Assembly: GCA_964016885.1 (NCBI GenBank)
Contig: OZ024740.1
Coordinates: forward strand, 161,324,001 to 161,388,000
DNA: 64,000 nt
Direction: 5' to 3'
Source: Eledone cirrhosa
Lineage: Eukaryota
This document shows positions 29,041 through 41,500 of the stretch, piece by piece; within the stretch, counting starts at the first letter, position 1, and every line of letters starts with the position of its first letter. Both the position numbers and the translations under genes were made by a program. The notes beneath the pieces are model-generated. The model had not been told where the DNA came from. It did no database searches and worked only from the letters and a program-made list of their open reading frames with translations.

Positions 29041-31350
29041 CTATTACCCACTCTACTACCCTAAGTATTGAGTACTCTAATGCGTTATGGTCCATCTGGT
29101 TCCTTACCATACCTCCTTCGTTATATATATATATCAGATAGGGTGTGGTAAAATCCAGTTAGACCATAACCGGAGCTCACCCGTCGCGGTCATAAATCTT
29201 TTCATATATATATATATAGTGAAGAATAACAATAACAGCCCCACAGTGATGATCAAACCAGAAGACATTCTATACAGTATAAACAGTATAAATAGCAACG
29301 ATATCTCGTTTTTCATTGCACTTACTGTCTTATTAAGAGAGTAATAACATTTGATATAGTAGTCCTAGTCACCCTCTGTCAATAAAACCTATGGTACAGA
29401 AATGGCCGTAACATCTTTAATCATAGTTTTGCATCATAATGCAGTTTGACTTCGAGCTAAATAAAAATAAACACCTCGTGGTTTTTATTCGGTTGTTAAA
29501 GAGATAGGGTCGTGAATGTAGACAGAAAACAGAGCTTTGCATTCTTTTCTTGTGTTGAGAACTATAGAGATCTTTTTTAAATATCTGGACTACCAGGGAG
29601 GCCTAGAATGAAAATGTGTATGTATAACCATGGTCATGTGGTTGTTTGTTTTACAATACGGGGTTCCGGTTTCCATTCCATGACGCGGCATTTTAGACAG
29701 ATGATTTCTATCATCAACCTAAGGCTTGTGAATGAAATTAAGGTGGAAACTATCAATATAACGCCCGACAGACTGTAAACGTTTATAGTCTATGAGGTGA
29801 TGTTAAAGCGAGAGACAATTAAGCCAACCACCCAATTAGGCCACAACAGGATCTGAGCATGTAACGAAAAGAGTCAGAACAACTACCGCAAGGCAACTTA
29901 CCTGACGTTCCAGCAATTTTAGTCACATACTTTATTTTATCGTACTCGAAAGAAGAAAGGCAAAGTTGTCTTTGATGAGTTTTTAATTGGAACAAATACT
30001 ACAAGTCATTTTGTTCTACTCTCTAACGAGGCCGTCAATTCACCGTCTGTTCTACTTTTTTTTTATTGAAATGGAGCCTATACTAGAATGAAAATGACCT
30101 AAGGAAACCCATTGCATAGTATTTTCTGAGAAAAATTCGGAAGAAGTACGAACAATTTCTAACACCGGAAGGCGATGTCACTAGCAAATCTTATAGGCCT
30201 AATAATACAACTAGCTGTACATGCCCTCGTTGACATGAATAATGCGGTAACCATTAACTGAATCACAGTAAACTTAAATATTCATCCAACACCATGCTTA
30301 AGCATTGTGCTAAAATACGTGGTGATATTTGTTAATGGAATTTAGCTGTCTCTTCTGACAACAGCTGCCGTCTTTGCTAGTTTATGTAGTTTAAAACAAT
30401 ACTGCTAACATGACAGAGTATCGCTTACTTACATTAATGGTAGCTTTAATTTCCGATTATGAGTCTAAGTTCGCCACTTAACGAAGGTTTTCTTTTCAAT
30501 TTATTGCATTAAAACTGAATTTATCTTCATCTAAAGACGGCGAAAAAGATTAACAAAGTCACATCGACAATTATGTGCGTTTGTCTTCGTCTGTGTAAAA
30601 AACGTAACATTAGTGTATTATAGAATATGGCAAGCGACAATCTGATTGTGATGAATTGTTCATAATGGAGAGAGACATGAAAACAACAGAGAAACAATTA
30701 AACAGGAAATCGATTTATTTGCGAAAGACATTTATATTGGTAGCAGCAGTGTTACCAACCCTGATGTCAATACTAAGAGGAACAGCAAAAACGTTAACTA
30801 TCAGATATATCATTATTTAACAATCGTATTATTATTTGTGATTATGGGTGTTGGTAGTGGGGATAAAATGACTGTCGTATTCAATCGCTGGAATAAATTA
30901 GTGCATTGCTACAATATTTCCTTTTCCTCTAAATTTGAAGTTCAGATTTTGTCGACCTCCAAAACTTAGTAGTAGTAGTTAGAGAAGTGGTTATCTACTG
31001 ACTGATTTTATTTGATATGTACCCACACCCGATAATAACTGATATTAACTTTTAATGAGTAATAGATAGTTTTGATTTTGAAGCCAAATCTCATCACTAC
31101 TTCCTCTAAATTTGAATTATCGCTGTAGAGAAGGTAAAAAGTTAATTTCACACAGAGCTTCAGCCACGATACAGTTTCGTTTTTCTTTAGTGCATAAAAC
31201 ATAAGTAATTTACATTTCGTAAATCATAATTTACTCATCGATCACTATAGAAGGCAAACGGTAAAATCTCATAGAGATTTAACCAGTATCCGGTTTTCTT
31301 TTCTGCTTGCACATGGTTCGTTTCAGTTTTCCTCAGAAAGACATGACAAT

Positions 31351-31543
31351 AATTGTTTCTACTTTTTGGCACAAGGCCAGCAATTATCCCAGTGTATTAC
31401 AGGTACTTTATTTTATTGACCCCGTAAGGATGAAAGGCAAAGTTAACCTCGGTGGGATTTGAACTCAGACCATAAAGGGCCGTAACGCTTTGCTGCAAAG
31501 CATGGCGTCCGACCCTCTACCGATACTGCCAATCCACCGCCCT
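31351..31543 (-). mobile_element. SINE family A
   Basis: Reverse complement of 26880-27067; flanking AGACA(T/G)GACAATAAT duplication. Confidence 0.9.
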
Positions 31544-33606
31544 AGACAGGACAATAATAATCAATTCTCTCTGCACATTCGTATTAATTGAAAGCTATGT
31601 AATCATTCATTTATTCTATCTACGACCACATTTAAGTTAATTGTTTCTACATTTGGCACAAGGCCAGCAAATTACCCAGAAGTTAATAGCAAGTAATTTG
31701 TAATGAGGGACCACCAAAACCTGATTAGAAATGAATATATGCCGAGACAGATGAATTAGTGTTAAAAAGTTAACTAGAAATATAGTGAGACAAATAAATA
31801 GACAGAGAGATAGATAGTTAAGTCACTAGTAGCATATTAAATGCAAGTAATTATAATAATAAACGGTAATATTCAATTACTGTTGTTTGTTTAATAAATA
31901 CCAGATTGGTAGACTTGTTAGAGCGTCCGATGGTGTGTTTTATGTTATATGTCCCGGTTTTGTACATTCAAATACCACCAAGGTCAACTTTGATATTCAT
32001 CCCTTGGGTTCGATGAAATAAATCACCACAATGTCAAGGCTTGGTTCTTCTTTTCTCTATATATCTGTTTGTATTCTAACCAGATGTGGAATAGACTGTG
32101 TCAAATTTTGATACCCAAGATACGTAGTATGGCATCATCCAACATAAGTTGCAAGTCCAAGGTAAGGCAATTATTTTAATTATTTCAGCAAGTACGGGAG
32201 TCAAATTCATAAATATTTTTGTTCTATTATATACTTATATATCAGTGAAGAATCAATTTCTCTTTTACTCACCGACGTAATGATGAGAGTATCACTAAAT
32301 AAATGCACAATATTATACGCTGATTGGAGCAGAAAGTAGAATTTTTTAGAGCATGAATTTACTCAAAGAAATTACTCTTGCTGAAATTATGAAAACAATA
32401 TTAGTTATTAAATAATATTGTTTTATCTCACCACATAAATTTATCCAGATAGCTTTTTTTTTTCAATTCCGCTGAATTAAATAGCTTAACTATTGTTTTT
32501 CATACGGATGACTTACCGACGAGTGAATACAAGCAGAATACCTGAATGAATATTGTATTAAACAACCAGTCCAAACTAAATGAGTTCAAATTAATTCTAG
32601 TCATTCTGGTATATATCTTAACTTCATTCTACAACATCCGATCATATAACTATCGGCAAATAGAAACTGTCACTCTTCCATGCTGTTGGTGGAGACGTTT
32701 TTGTCTTGGAGATGAGGATGTTCCCATGACGTTAAGTGGAGCTATAGCTGCAATACTTAGTAGTTGAAGAACTGAACGAGTCCTAATTTGGAATAGCAGC
32801 TAAATTCCCTCGTATCACAAGTTTAGACTGGAAGGAATGCTTTGTAATATTTGTTCCTGTTCTCTGCGCTCTATGGTTAACTTTAGCTTTCATCCTTTCG
32901 AAGTTTATAAATAAAGTACCAGCACAGAAACAGTATCTTAGTATAATTTTTAAAGCGTCGACCGAGATGCCTTACGGTATATGTTCCAGCTCCTTGCGTT
33001 ATGGGTTCAAATCCCATCTCTTATCGCCGAAAGGAAAAATGATACTTATTTTTCTTGAAACTCTTTCTGAATTTTTAGGTTTTGTAAATATGCAAATTTC
33101 TAGCAGAAACTGACTAATTTAAGATATTTGCATCTGCAATATTCTTTTGTCGTATATAACTATATTTCGTTTGAATTTGACGTTTATCAATATATTTTGT
33201 TTGAAGTTGAATGGTATGAGTATGTTTTATTTGCACTTTTAGTTGTTTATCGTAAAGAATTTAAAACTAAAACAATTAGATTTTTCAGGAAGTGAAATAA
33301 AAAACAGAAATTGTAAACAGAATATATTTAAATATATACAAAACCGTCTAAATTTAATCAATTTCTGATTAACTTCTATATTTTTTATTTATTTATTTAT
33401 TTATTTTGTTTTATTTTATTTAGTTATTTATTATTTTATTTTTTTGAAATTTCTGAATCTCTGATGTTCAAAGCCACAAAATCCGAAAGCCACATTTTAA
33501 GAAGAAGCAAAATAAAGGAATTTAAAGAAGTAGTTTTAAAATATCCATTGGATGAATATAATGTATTAATTTCTTTTAAATTGTTATAGCTATAGATTTA
33601 TCATCA

Positions 33607-33972
33607 TTGGATTGGCAGTATCGGTAGGGTGTCGGACACCATGCTTTGCAGCATATAGTTACGGCCCTTTACGTTCTGAGTTCAAATCCCGTCGAGATTA
33701 ACTTTGCCTTTCATCCTTACGGGGTCGATAAAATAAAGTACCAGTAACGTGCTGGAGTCGATTTAATCGACCCCCCTCTCCCCAAATTGCTGGCCTTGTG
33801 CCTATAGTAGAAGTCATTATTATTATTATTATTCATGCCGAAGTTAACTTTCCTTTTCATCTTTACGGGGTCGACAAACTAAAGCACAAGTAATGCAAAG
33901 GGGTCGATTTAATCGACTTTCCCCTATCCTCAAATTGTTGGCCTTTTGCCTAAATCAGAAATCTAAACTATA
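33607..33972 (+). mobile_element. SINE family A, full copy followed by a partial copy
   Basis: B-box GAGTTCAAATCC and shared body; partial copy at 33837-33972. Confidence 0.88.
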
Positions 33973-34299
33973 ATAAAGTAAGGAGCGCGGGACTGCGTAC
34001 GGTTTATAATTTTTTATCACATTAGTAAAATAAGTTGCATTACTTTGAATAAATAATGAATGAATATTACATAATTTATCTACTAAATTTCGTGGCTGTT
34101 GATTAAATATATTTTGTTTATTTAAAATTTCTGAAATGTCAACACTTCCGGTTGGCCATCGCTTAAATAAACATACTAATTTTCTCCTAATGCAGTTTAT
34201 ATATAATATCGTCTTTTTTAACTTACCATGTATTACATTACTGATTAAATAAGAGAGTGTAACGCAGTCTTCGTTCAATTTCTATGTATTATATATTGT

Positions 34300-34448
34300 C
34301 ATTACTGGTACTTTATTTTATCGACGTTGTAAGGATGAAAGTCAAAGCTAACCTCAGCGGGATTTGAACTCAGAATTTAAACGGCCGTAACTCTATGCAG
34401 CAAAGAATGCTGTCCGACGCTGTACCGATACTGCAAATCCGCCGCCCT
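34300..34448 (-). mobile_element. SINE family A
   Basis: AAGGATGAAAG..GGATTTGAACTCAGAA..CCGCCCT. Confidence 0.85.
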
Positions 34449-34499
34449 TATTGACTGGTAATAATAATGGAGAAAGTTTATAACTGTCGTAGTAGAGTC

Positions 34500-35035
34500 T
34501 ACGACATTTTCAATTCCTTCTTGGCGGTGAACAGATATGGTCACCTTTCGCTGGACACGTTTTTTCCCCAAGTCGTAACTTTAACGTACCTACAGTCCTG
34601 TGTCAAGCGAATACTAAGCGGAAGCACTGCAATGTCTTCAAGCGTTCATAGTCAACAGCCAATCGGGCAGTACGATTGGTGGAGTGTCTACCTTGGCGTT
34701 CTATGGAGAGTTAGTAGAGGGTAACCGTGATGACGTTCTTGGAGAGACTCTAGGCGCTGACGATAATCAACTAGACAATTTTTTCTGTGGAACTTTCGAT
34801 CCAAGGCCCATGGACAACTTCTAAAAATCCCTACTATGGCAGTGCTACAGGGGAGCATTGCCAGTTCAAAATAAACTCTACAGGCATCAGCTCTGAGAGG
34901 CGTTCTGGGCGACAAAACCGTCCTGCACGCGTTCGTCGAGTGTCCGAGCATTGCAAACTTGTGGATTTATGTCAAACACCTACTGTCAAGTTCCAGCAGA
35001 AGGCAGCAGGGAAGCGCTATCCCGATGAGAAAAAT
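34500..35035 (+). mobile_element. Decayed Tx1/L1 ORF2 C-terminal fragment (zf-RVT region)
   Basis: LLWQCYRGALPVQNKLYRH ... KTVLHAFVECPSIANLW at ~34830-34970. Confidence 0.65.
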
Positions 35036-35084
35036 TAAGTTTGAAATACGTATAGGCAGTTAACCTCGCTGCTTCCGCTGGAAT

Positions 35085-35707
35085 CCACTAGACGGATTGC
35101 CCCTTGCGTATGGCTTGGACTTAGTGATAGCTTTCCATTGAATGGAGTAGACTATACCTGAGTCTTTGAAGGACCATATGTGTCTCGCGAGCTTCGTGGA
35201 TGATCGTTTGGCCGGGTACCTAAAGGTCGATTGATGTTTCAGGAAGCGTTCCTTAAATCGGCCCTCCGCCATACCCACATAGGATTTGACGTCCTGTGTT
35301 AGATTTGGTCGGTTGGAAGTGACCACAGCTTCATGAACTACAGCGGGTGTGCTGCATTGCTGTGAATGGACAAGCTTCATGCTTTCGGAAAGAGCATCCT
35401 GGTGGGGTGCCCCTCTTAGGACTGTTGGTTATGTGGGCCTTCATATTCTAAGCGCAGGAGTACCCTAGTTTTACTGTGTCTGTTAAAGATGGAGCAGTAT
35501 TTGTGACCCATGGGGAAGTGTCTATCTAAGAGGGTTAAAAATTCTTTTCCTACAATAGTTTTAACGTTGAGTGAGAAGGGAGGAGAGAACCAGATAGTTC
35601 GGCTATTGTTACGATTTCTTTTCTTGTTGCTGTTTGTGTTAGTGGTGGAGTAAGTAATTGGTTGCGAGAAACCGCTGTTAGCTAACGCCGTGTTATAGTA
35701 GGGTGCC
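35085..35707 (-). mobile_element. Inverted internal copy of the PLE at 36236-37370
   Basis: Reverse complement of ~36365-36986 with only a handful of differences. Confidence 0.9.
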
Positions 35708-36235
35708 GTCCACCCAGGATTCATTTTCATTTCAGCACATAATTTACAGGGACTAACGCAAGTCTATGACTCGGTTAATATTATGATATTTTGCTCCTTA
35801 TAACATCTTTCCTCTCTCTGTTTAGTTGAGCACTTTTCTTTGAGTGGTTTCGGGCTGCCATTTCTAGCCGCTCGTCCCACAAATACCGCTGGTTCACGGT
35901 ATTCCGCACGAGCTCACTTCTCTATACCGCGTGTTGCAAGGCGGTTATCTTAAATATTCTTAGAGTATCTGGAATATATCCGATTTACGCACGCTGATGC
36001 ATTTCCATTTCAGTCACTAATTTTTTGGAGAAACGAATCACTTTGGATTTGTACGTGTGTGATATATATTTATAGAGGTGGGTTTTCATTCATATGTTTA
36101 ATTATTGTGTCTACCTCACCTTCCGTAGTTTATAGATTCCATTCCTGTTAATTAATAGCACACACACACACACTCTCTCTCTCTCTCTCTCTCTAGTGTG
36201 TTATCCTTTCTACATATTGTATATATATATATATA

Positions 36236-37370
36236 TATAAACGAAAAACTTAATTACATACACAAGAACTCATGCCACCCTTCTACTGTTTTTAGAAACT
36301 TCGTAAATAATATCAATACTAGAATCTCTAACCTCTCCTCTGATAAGATTATCTTTGACAGAGCGGCACCCTACTATAACACGGCGTTAGCTAACAGCGG
36401 TTTCTCGCAACCAATTACTTACTCCACCACTAACACAAACAGGAACAAGAAAAGAAATCGTAACAATAGCCGAACTATCTGGTTCTCTCCTCCCTTCTCA
36501 CTCAACGTTAAAACTATTGTAGGAAAAGAATTTTTAACCCTCTTAGATAGACACTTTCCCATGGGTCACAAATACTGCTCCATCTTTAACAGACACAGTA
36601 AAACTAGGGTACTCCTGCGCTAAGAATATGAAGGCCCACATAACCAACAGTCCTAAGAGGGGCACCCCACCAGGATGCTCTTGCCGAAAGCATGAAGCTT
36701 GTCCATTCACAGCAATGCAGCACACCCGCTGTAGTTCATGAAGCTGTGGTCACTTCCAACCGACCAAATCTAACACAGGACGTCAAATCCTATGTGGGTA
36801 TGGCGGAGGGCCGATTTAAGGAACGCTTCCTGAAACATCAATTGACCTTTAGGTACCCGGCCAAACGATCATCCACGAAGCTCGCGAGACACGTATGGTC
36901 CTTCAAAGACTCAGGTATAGTCTACTCCATTCAATGGAAAGCTATCACTAAGTCCAAGCCATACGCAAGGGCAATCCGTCTTGTGGGCTGTGTATTCAAG
37001 GAAGGATAAATATTCTAAGGAGATTACGCAATAGCGATTGCCTAAATTTAAGAAATAAAATCTTCTCGCGTTGACCACATGTCTGGAAACACCTCTTGCA
37101 TAACTACAAAGCTCCGGATTGAATAACAACAACATTCTAAACTTCTAATCAACTCGAACATTTTATTCCAGAGATTCGTAGTTATCTCCCTTACACATTT
37201 CGTCCGTGGTTTTGCATCACTTTGGTGAAGTGACCGTTTCTGCGGTTGCGCGTTCATAGGGTTGTAATTCCTGTTCCGTATAACCATGACCAAACCGAGC
37301 TGAAGATCCGCCTCAGGTGAAACAATTGTCCTCAGTATGGTGAAGTAACTGTTGTGTCACTACTTCTATA
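36236..37370 (+). mobile_element. 5'-truncated Penelope-like element with HHR pLTR, in (TA)n
   Basis: YIHKNSCHP..RISNLSS..APYYNTAL..IWFSPPFS..FLTLLDRHFP..KY..IFN; VVHEA..YVGMAEGRFKERFLKH (GIY-YIG). Confidence 0.88.
37297..37333 (+). ncRNA. Minimal type I HHR (palindromic CAATTG stem III; weak stem II)
   Basis: GAG-CTGAAGA-tccgcctcaggt-GAAA-CAATTG-TC-CTC. Confidence 0.7.
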
Positions 37371-37374
37371 TATA

Positions 37375-37445
<71 letters not shown>

Positions 37446-37496
37446 TATATATATATATATATATTTATATTATATATATATATTATATAGATATAG

Positions 37497-37552
<56 letters not shown>

Positions 37553-37994
37553 AGCGAACCTTCAGCCGTCTAGGTTGTTTTTCTACGTGTATGTCGACAT
37601 TTATAAAACAATTTTTGTATTTTATCTGATGTAAGGACACCAAAACAGCCTTGGTTGCCCTTGAAATATATATAATAAAAATAATTATGGTTTTGTAAAT
37701 ATAGTTTCCATTTTTTATTAATATATTGTATATATTAATAAAAACATTTTTTATTAATATATTTATTAATATTATCAATAGCATAAGGTCTTCAAAATGC
37801 TTGTAATTAAGCATATAGTGTATTGCAAAATACACTATATATACATTCATATATATATCGCTATTTCAGAGCACCAATTCTAATTTTCAATTTCTACTTG
37901 ACCGGAAACCGCTCTGAATAATCAGTTCCTAATTATTACTATAATTTTATAAGAATCAAACATTCATGATTTTCAGCAAGCCGGCGGAGTACTT

Positions 37995-38039
37995 AGCTTT
38001 GATAAGCATCAAAAAGTGCGAAACAGAGCTCTGTCAGCT
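37995..38039 (+). ncRNA. Type I HHR (U3-A8 core) of retrozyme unit 1
   Basis: AGCT-TTGATAA-GCAT caaaaa GTGC-GAAA-CAGAGCTCTG-TC-AGCT. Confidence 0.82.
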
Positions 38040-38311
38040 TTATCTCCCCTGTTTGCTGAAAATTAGTAAGTGAGACTGTCACTACTCTAAAACAATAGCG
38101 TAAGGTCTTCGAAATGCTTTTAATTAAGCATACAGTGTATTGCAAAATACACTATATATACATTCATATATATATCGCTATTTCAGAGCACCAATTCTAA
38201 TTTTCAATTTCTGCTTGACCGGCAACGGCTCTGAATAATCAGTTCCTGATTCTTACTATAATTCTATAAGAATCAAACATTCATGATTTTCAGCAAACAG
38301 GCGGAGTACTT

Positions 38312-38356
38312 AGCTTTGATAAACGTCAAAAAGTGAGAAACGGAGATCTGTCAGCT
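38312..38356 (+). ncRNA. Type I HHR of retrozyme unit 2 (stem II degraded)
   Basis: AGCT-TTGATAA-acgtcaaaaagtga-GAAA-CGGAGATCTG-TC-AGCT. Confidence 0.7.
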
Positions 38357-38522
38357 TTATCTCCCCTGTTTGCTGAAAATTAATAATTAATGTAAGTGAG
38401 ACTGTCACTACTCTAAAACAATAGCGTAAGGTCTTCGAAATGCTTGTAATTAAGCATATAATGTATTGCAAAATACACTATATATACATTCATATATATA
38501 TCGTTATTTCAGAGCACCAATC

Positions 38523-38580
<58 letters not shown>

Positions 38581-38584
<4 letters not shown>

Positions 38585-41500
38585 ACTGTTGAAGTGAACA
38601 GACGTGTTTCTATGCTCTCTACCAAGTCAGTAGCAAGCTACACAGCTTCAAAGCCTATCTGACCGAATATATATATTTATATATATTTATAACCACGTGC
38701 TTTTCCTACCAACTCGTAAGTACGTTTTCTTAACTACAGATTATTATATACATTCGTTTTTCTCTTAATATCTTCAAAGAACCAAATAACCAAAAACTTT
38801 TAACAACCTTAAACAACCAAATAACCAAAAACTATAAACATCCTCAAACAACCAAACTCACACCCGTAAGAGAGAATATATATATATATATACACGATTC
38901 TTTAATTTCTTCAAATAACCAAAGTTTTACTCACGTATCAAATATCAAATATCTTAAAACGCACACAAGGGGAAAGAAATATGACTAGTGACCAGCAAGC
39001 CCACAACGGACGAAATTGGTCTGATAATGAAATTGACTTCTTAATAAACACGTGGTTTTCTCTGTCCCAAACAATAAACATTAACGCGTCATGTCTGAAT
39101 GAAATTGCTGAAAAAACAGCTCAAACATTTATCACAAGGTCTGCTAAGCAGATACACAACAAACTAAAACATGTAGAAGTCTCTTTCAAACTAATTCAAA
39201 ACCATTTTGAAAAACCTCGACATATTTACTCCAATGGAAAAACACAACAACAGCAACAACAACAGCCACAACAACAACAGCCAGAAAATCAAGAGCAACC
39301 ACTACTGAATTCAAGCATAATAGCTGAATTACTGAATGACAGTATCCCTCAACCACTCACTCAGCCATCATTATCGCCATCGCCATCACCATCACCACCG
39401 CCACCATCTTCTGCCACATAACATCTTCTGCCACATCAACTGCTAGTAATGGACCACCGCTCTTTCTCCCACCACAGTTGTCATCATCATCATCATCGTC
39501 ACCACCACGGCTTTCTTCCCCCACATCACCATCACAACCATGCCATAGTCAAAAGAACCTTTTAAAAAAATCTATGGAGCTGTATGCACCCCCCACTACA
39601 CATACTAGAAACACCAAAATATGCCGCTCTTCACTACGTCAGAGGCTATGCACACGTAGCGACTGAATATTTACCCATCTACCGGGTACTAGGCGCACTA
39701 ACACTGCCAGCTAACACCAAAGCACGCTTCCCGCACGCATAAGTCGGAGTCCCAAAATCTGCCAACATTCCCAGCGTGAGAGGCTATGTCTGCTGACTAA
39801 CTTTCCCTTCACTCATCTTCCTGGGACACAACGCACGAACAGAAAAGGGGCTCCATTCCAACACACAAACCATAATAAAGCCACCCCCTGCTTCAGTAAT
39901 GTTGCTCCAGTATTTTCACAAAGACACGATTAAAATAACAACAAATACAACAACAAAAGTAACGCTGCTCCAGTCTTTTCACGAAGACACAATTACAACA
40001 AATACAACAACAACAAAAGAGGGAAGTGCAACCCTATCCAATGGTGTAACCACAAATCCAATCAAAAACTGCTCCCTGAACAAGAAAATGTTTCTTTGTT
40101 AGCCATGAACTTGGCAAAAGAGATAGAGAAAAACATTTTAGCCATCACCCAACATCATCCTTGCTGTCACTAACACACAATCTCAAAACAAGCCCCCTGC
40201 ATCAGTCAAAACCAGCCACCACACTAGCTTCCATCTTTTTACTCAATACACAAGGTATCAGCTCATCCATCAATGCACAGAAATGGAAGATCCAATTCAT
40301 TGAGGATTGGGTTGGTAACCATCCAAGTCACATCCCCTTCTTCATTCTTACTGAGACCCACCTTGACTACTTCCACTTGGAGGCCGAAGTAAGAGTGAGG
40401 AATTTCACAACCATCCGTGCGGATCGTGTTGGCAGAAGGAAGGTTGGAACTACCATTTTCCTGCATGATTCCTTTACGGCAGATGGTAACACAACATTCT
40501 CCAATGGCTACTGTGAATCAGTCACTGTGCACAATAAAGCCAATGACCTGAAATTAGTTGGGCTCTATAGGCTGCCACAAACACCCATAATCTGCTTCAA
40601 AGAATGCCTGAACAGTATTAAATGCTTTATTAAACAGTGCCATTCTAGCAACATACTTTTGATGGGAGACTTTAATCTACCCTGTGTCGATTGGTCTACA
40701 TGTATTTTGAAACCAGGCACCTCAACTACTGACAAAGAAGCTGTCGAGTCACTTCTTGACTTCATGAATGAGTTTTTCTTGTCCCAACTTTTCCTTGCAC
40801 CAACGAAGCATCGGAAGAACATTCTGGATCTAGTGTTTAGTAACCACACTAACACTATACATAATATTACAGTAGAAAAAACCCTTCTCTCAGACCATGA
40901 CATGGTTCTTTGTAACCTGAGATTCCACCAGCCGAAAGCTAATCCCAGGGTCCTCTTTCCAGCCCACCCATTTGATAACATGGATCTCTACAATGCCAAC
41001 TGGGATGCAGTTATGAACGAACTATCACATGTCGACTGGTCTTTTACACACGCACACACTTCCACCAACATCCAAATATCTTGGCAGATCTTTGTAGACA
41101 CTGTCACAAATATATGTACAAAACACACCCCACCAAAACCTGTGAAAAAAACCAAGTGCAGTATCCCCCAAAACAGAAAAACAATTATCAGAAAAATAAA
41201 AACAACAAGCAAAAAAATTAACACACTAAAATACTGCCAACAGCAACACACACATTCGATGGCTATCACCCTGCTTGAGTAAAAAACATATAACCTCCAG
41301 CAATGCATGATGACCATCATCAATAATCAGAGAATAGCTGACGAGGGGTGGGCCATTGAGAAAATCAAACTCAACCCCAAAGTGTTCTCTTCATTTGCTA
41401 AAAACACAAGGTCACCGTCTCCACTGTTGGCCCTCTAGTTGATGAAAATGGCACACTCCAAGACAATGCCAAATCCATGGGCGAGATACTGCAGAAAAAA

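Larger units (their letters stand above)
37776..38527 (+). mobile_element. Candidate non-LTR retrozyme: ~2.3 tandem units of 317-326 bp, one HHR per unit
   Basis: CAATAGC(A/G)TAAGG recurs at 37776, 38093 and 38419; non-coding; rich in hairpins; followed by (TA)n. Confidence 0.8.

Noticed and set aside
37776-38527. CRISPR-like array or plain satellite
   Set aside because: Eukaryotic context, no unique spacers, and the ribozyme plus covariation explain it better.
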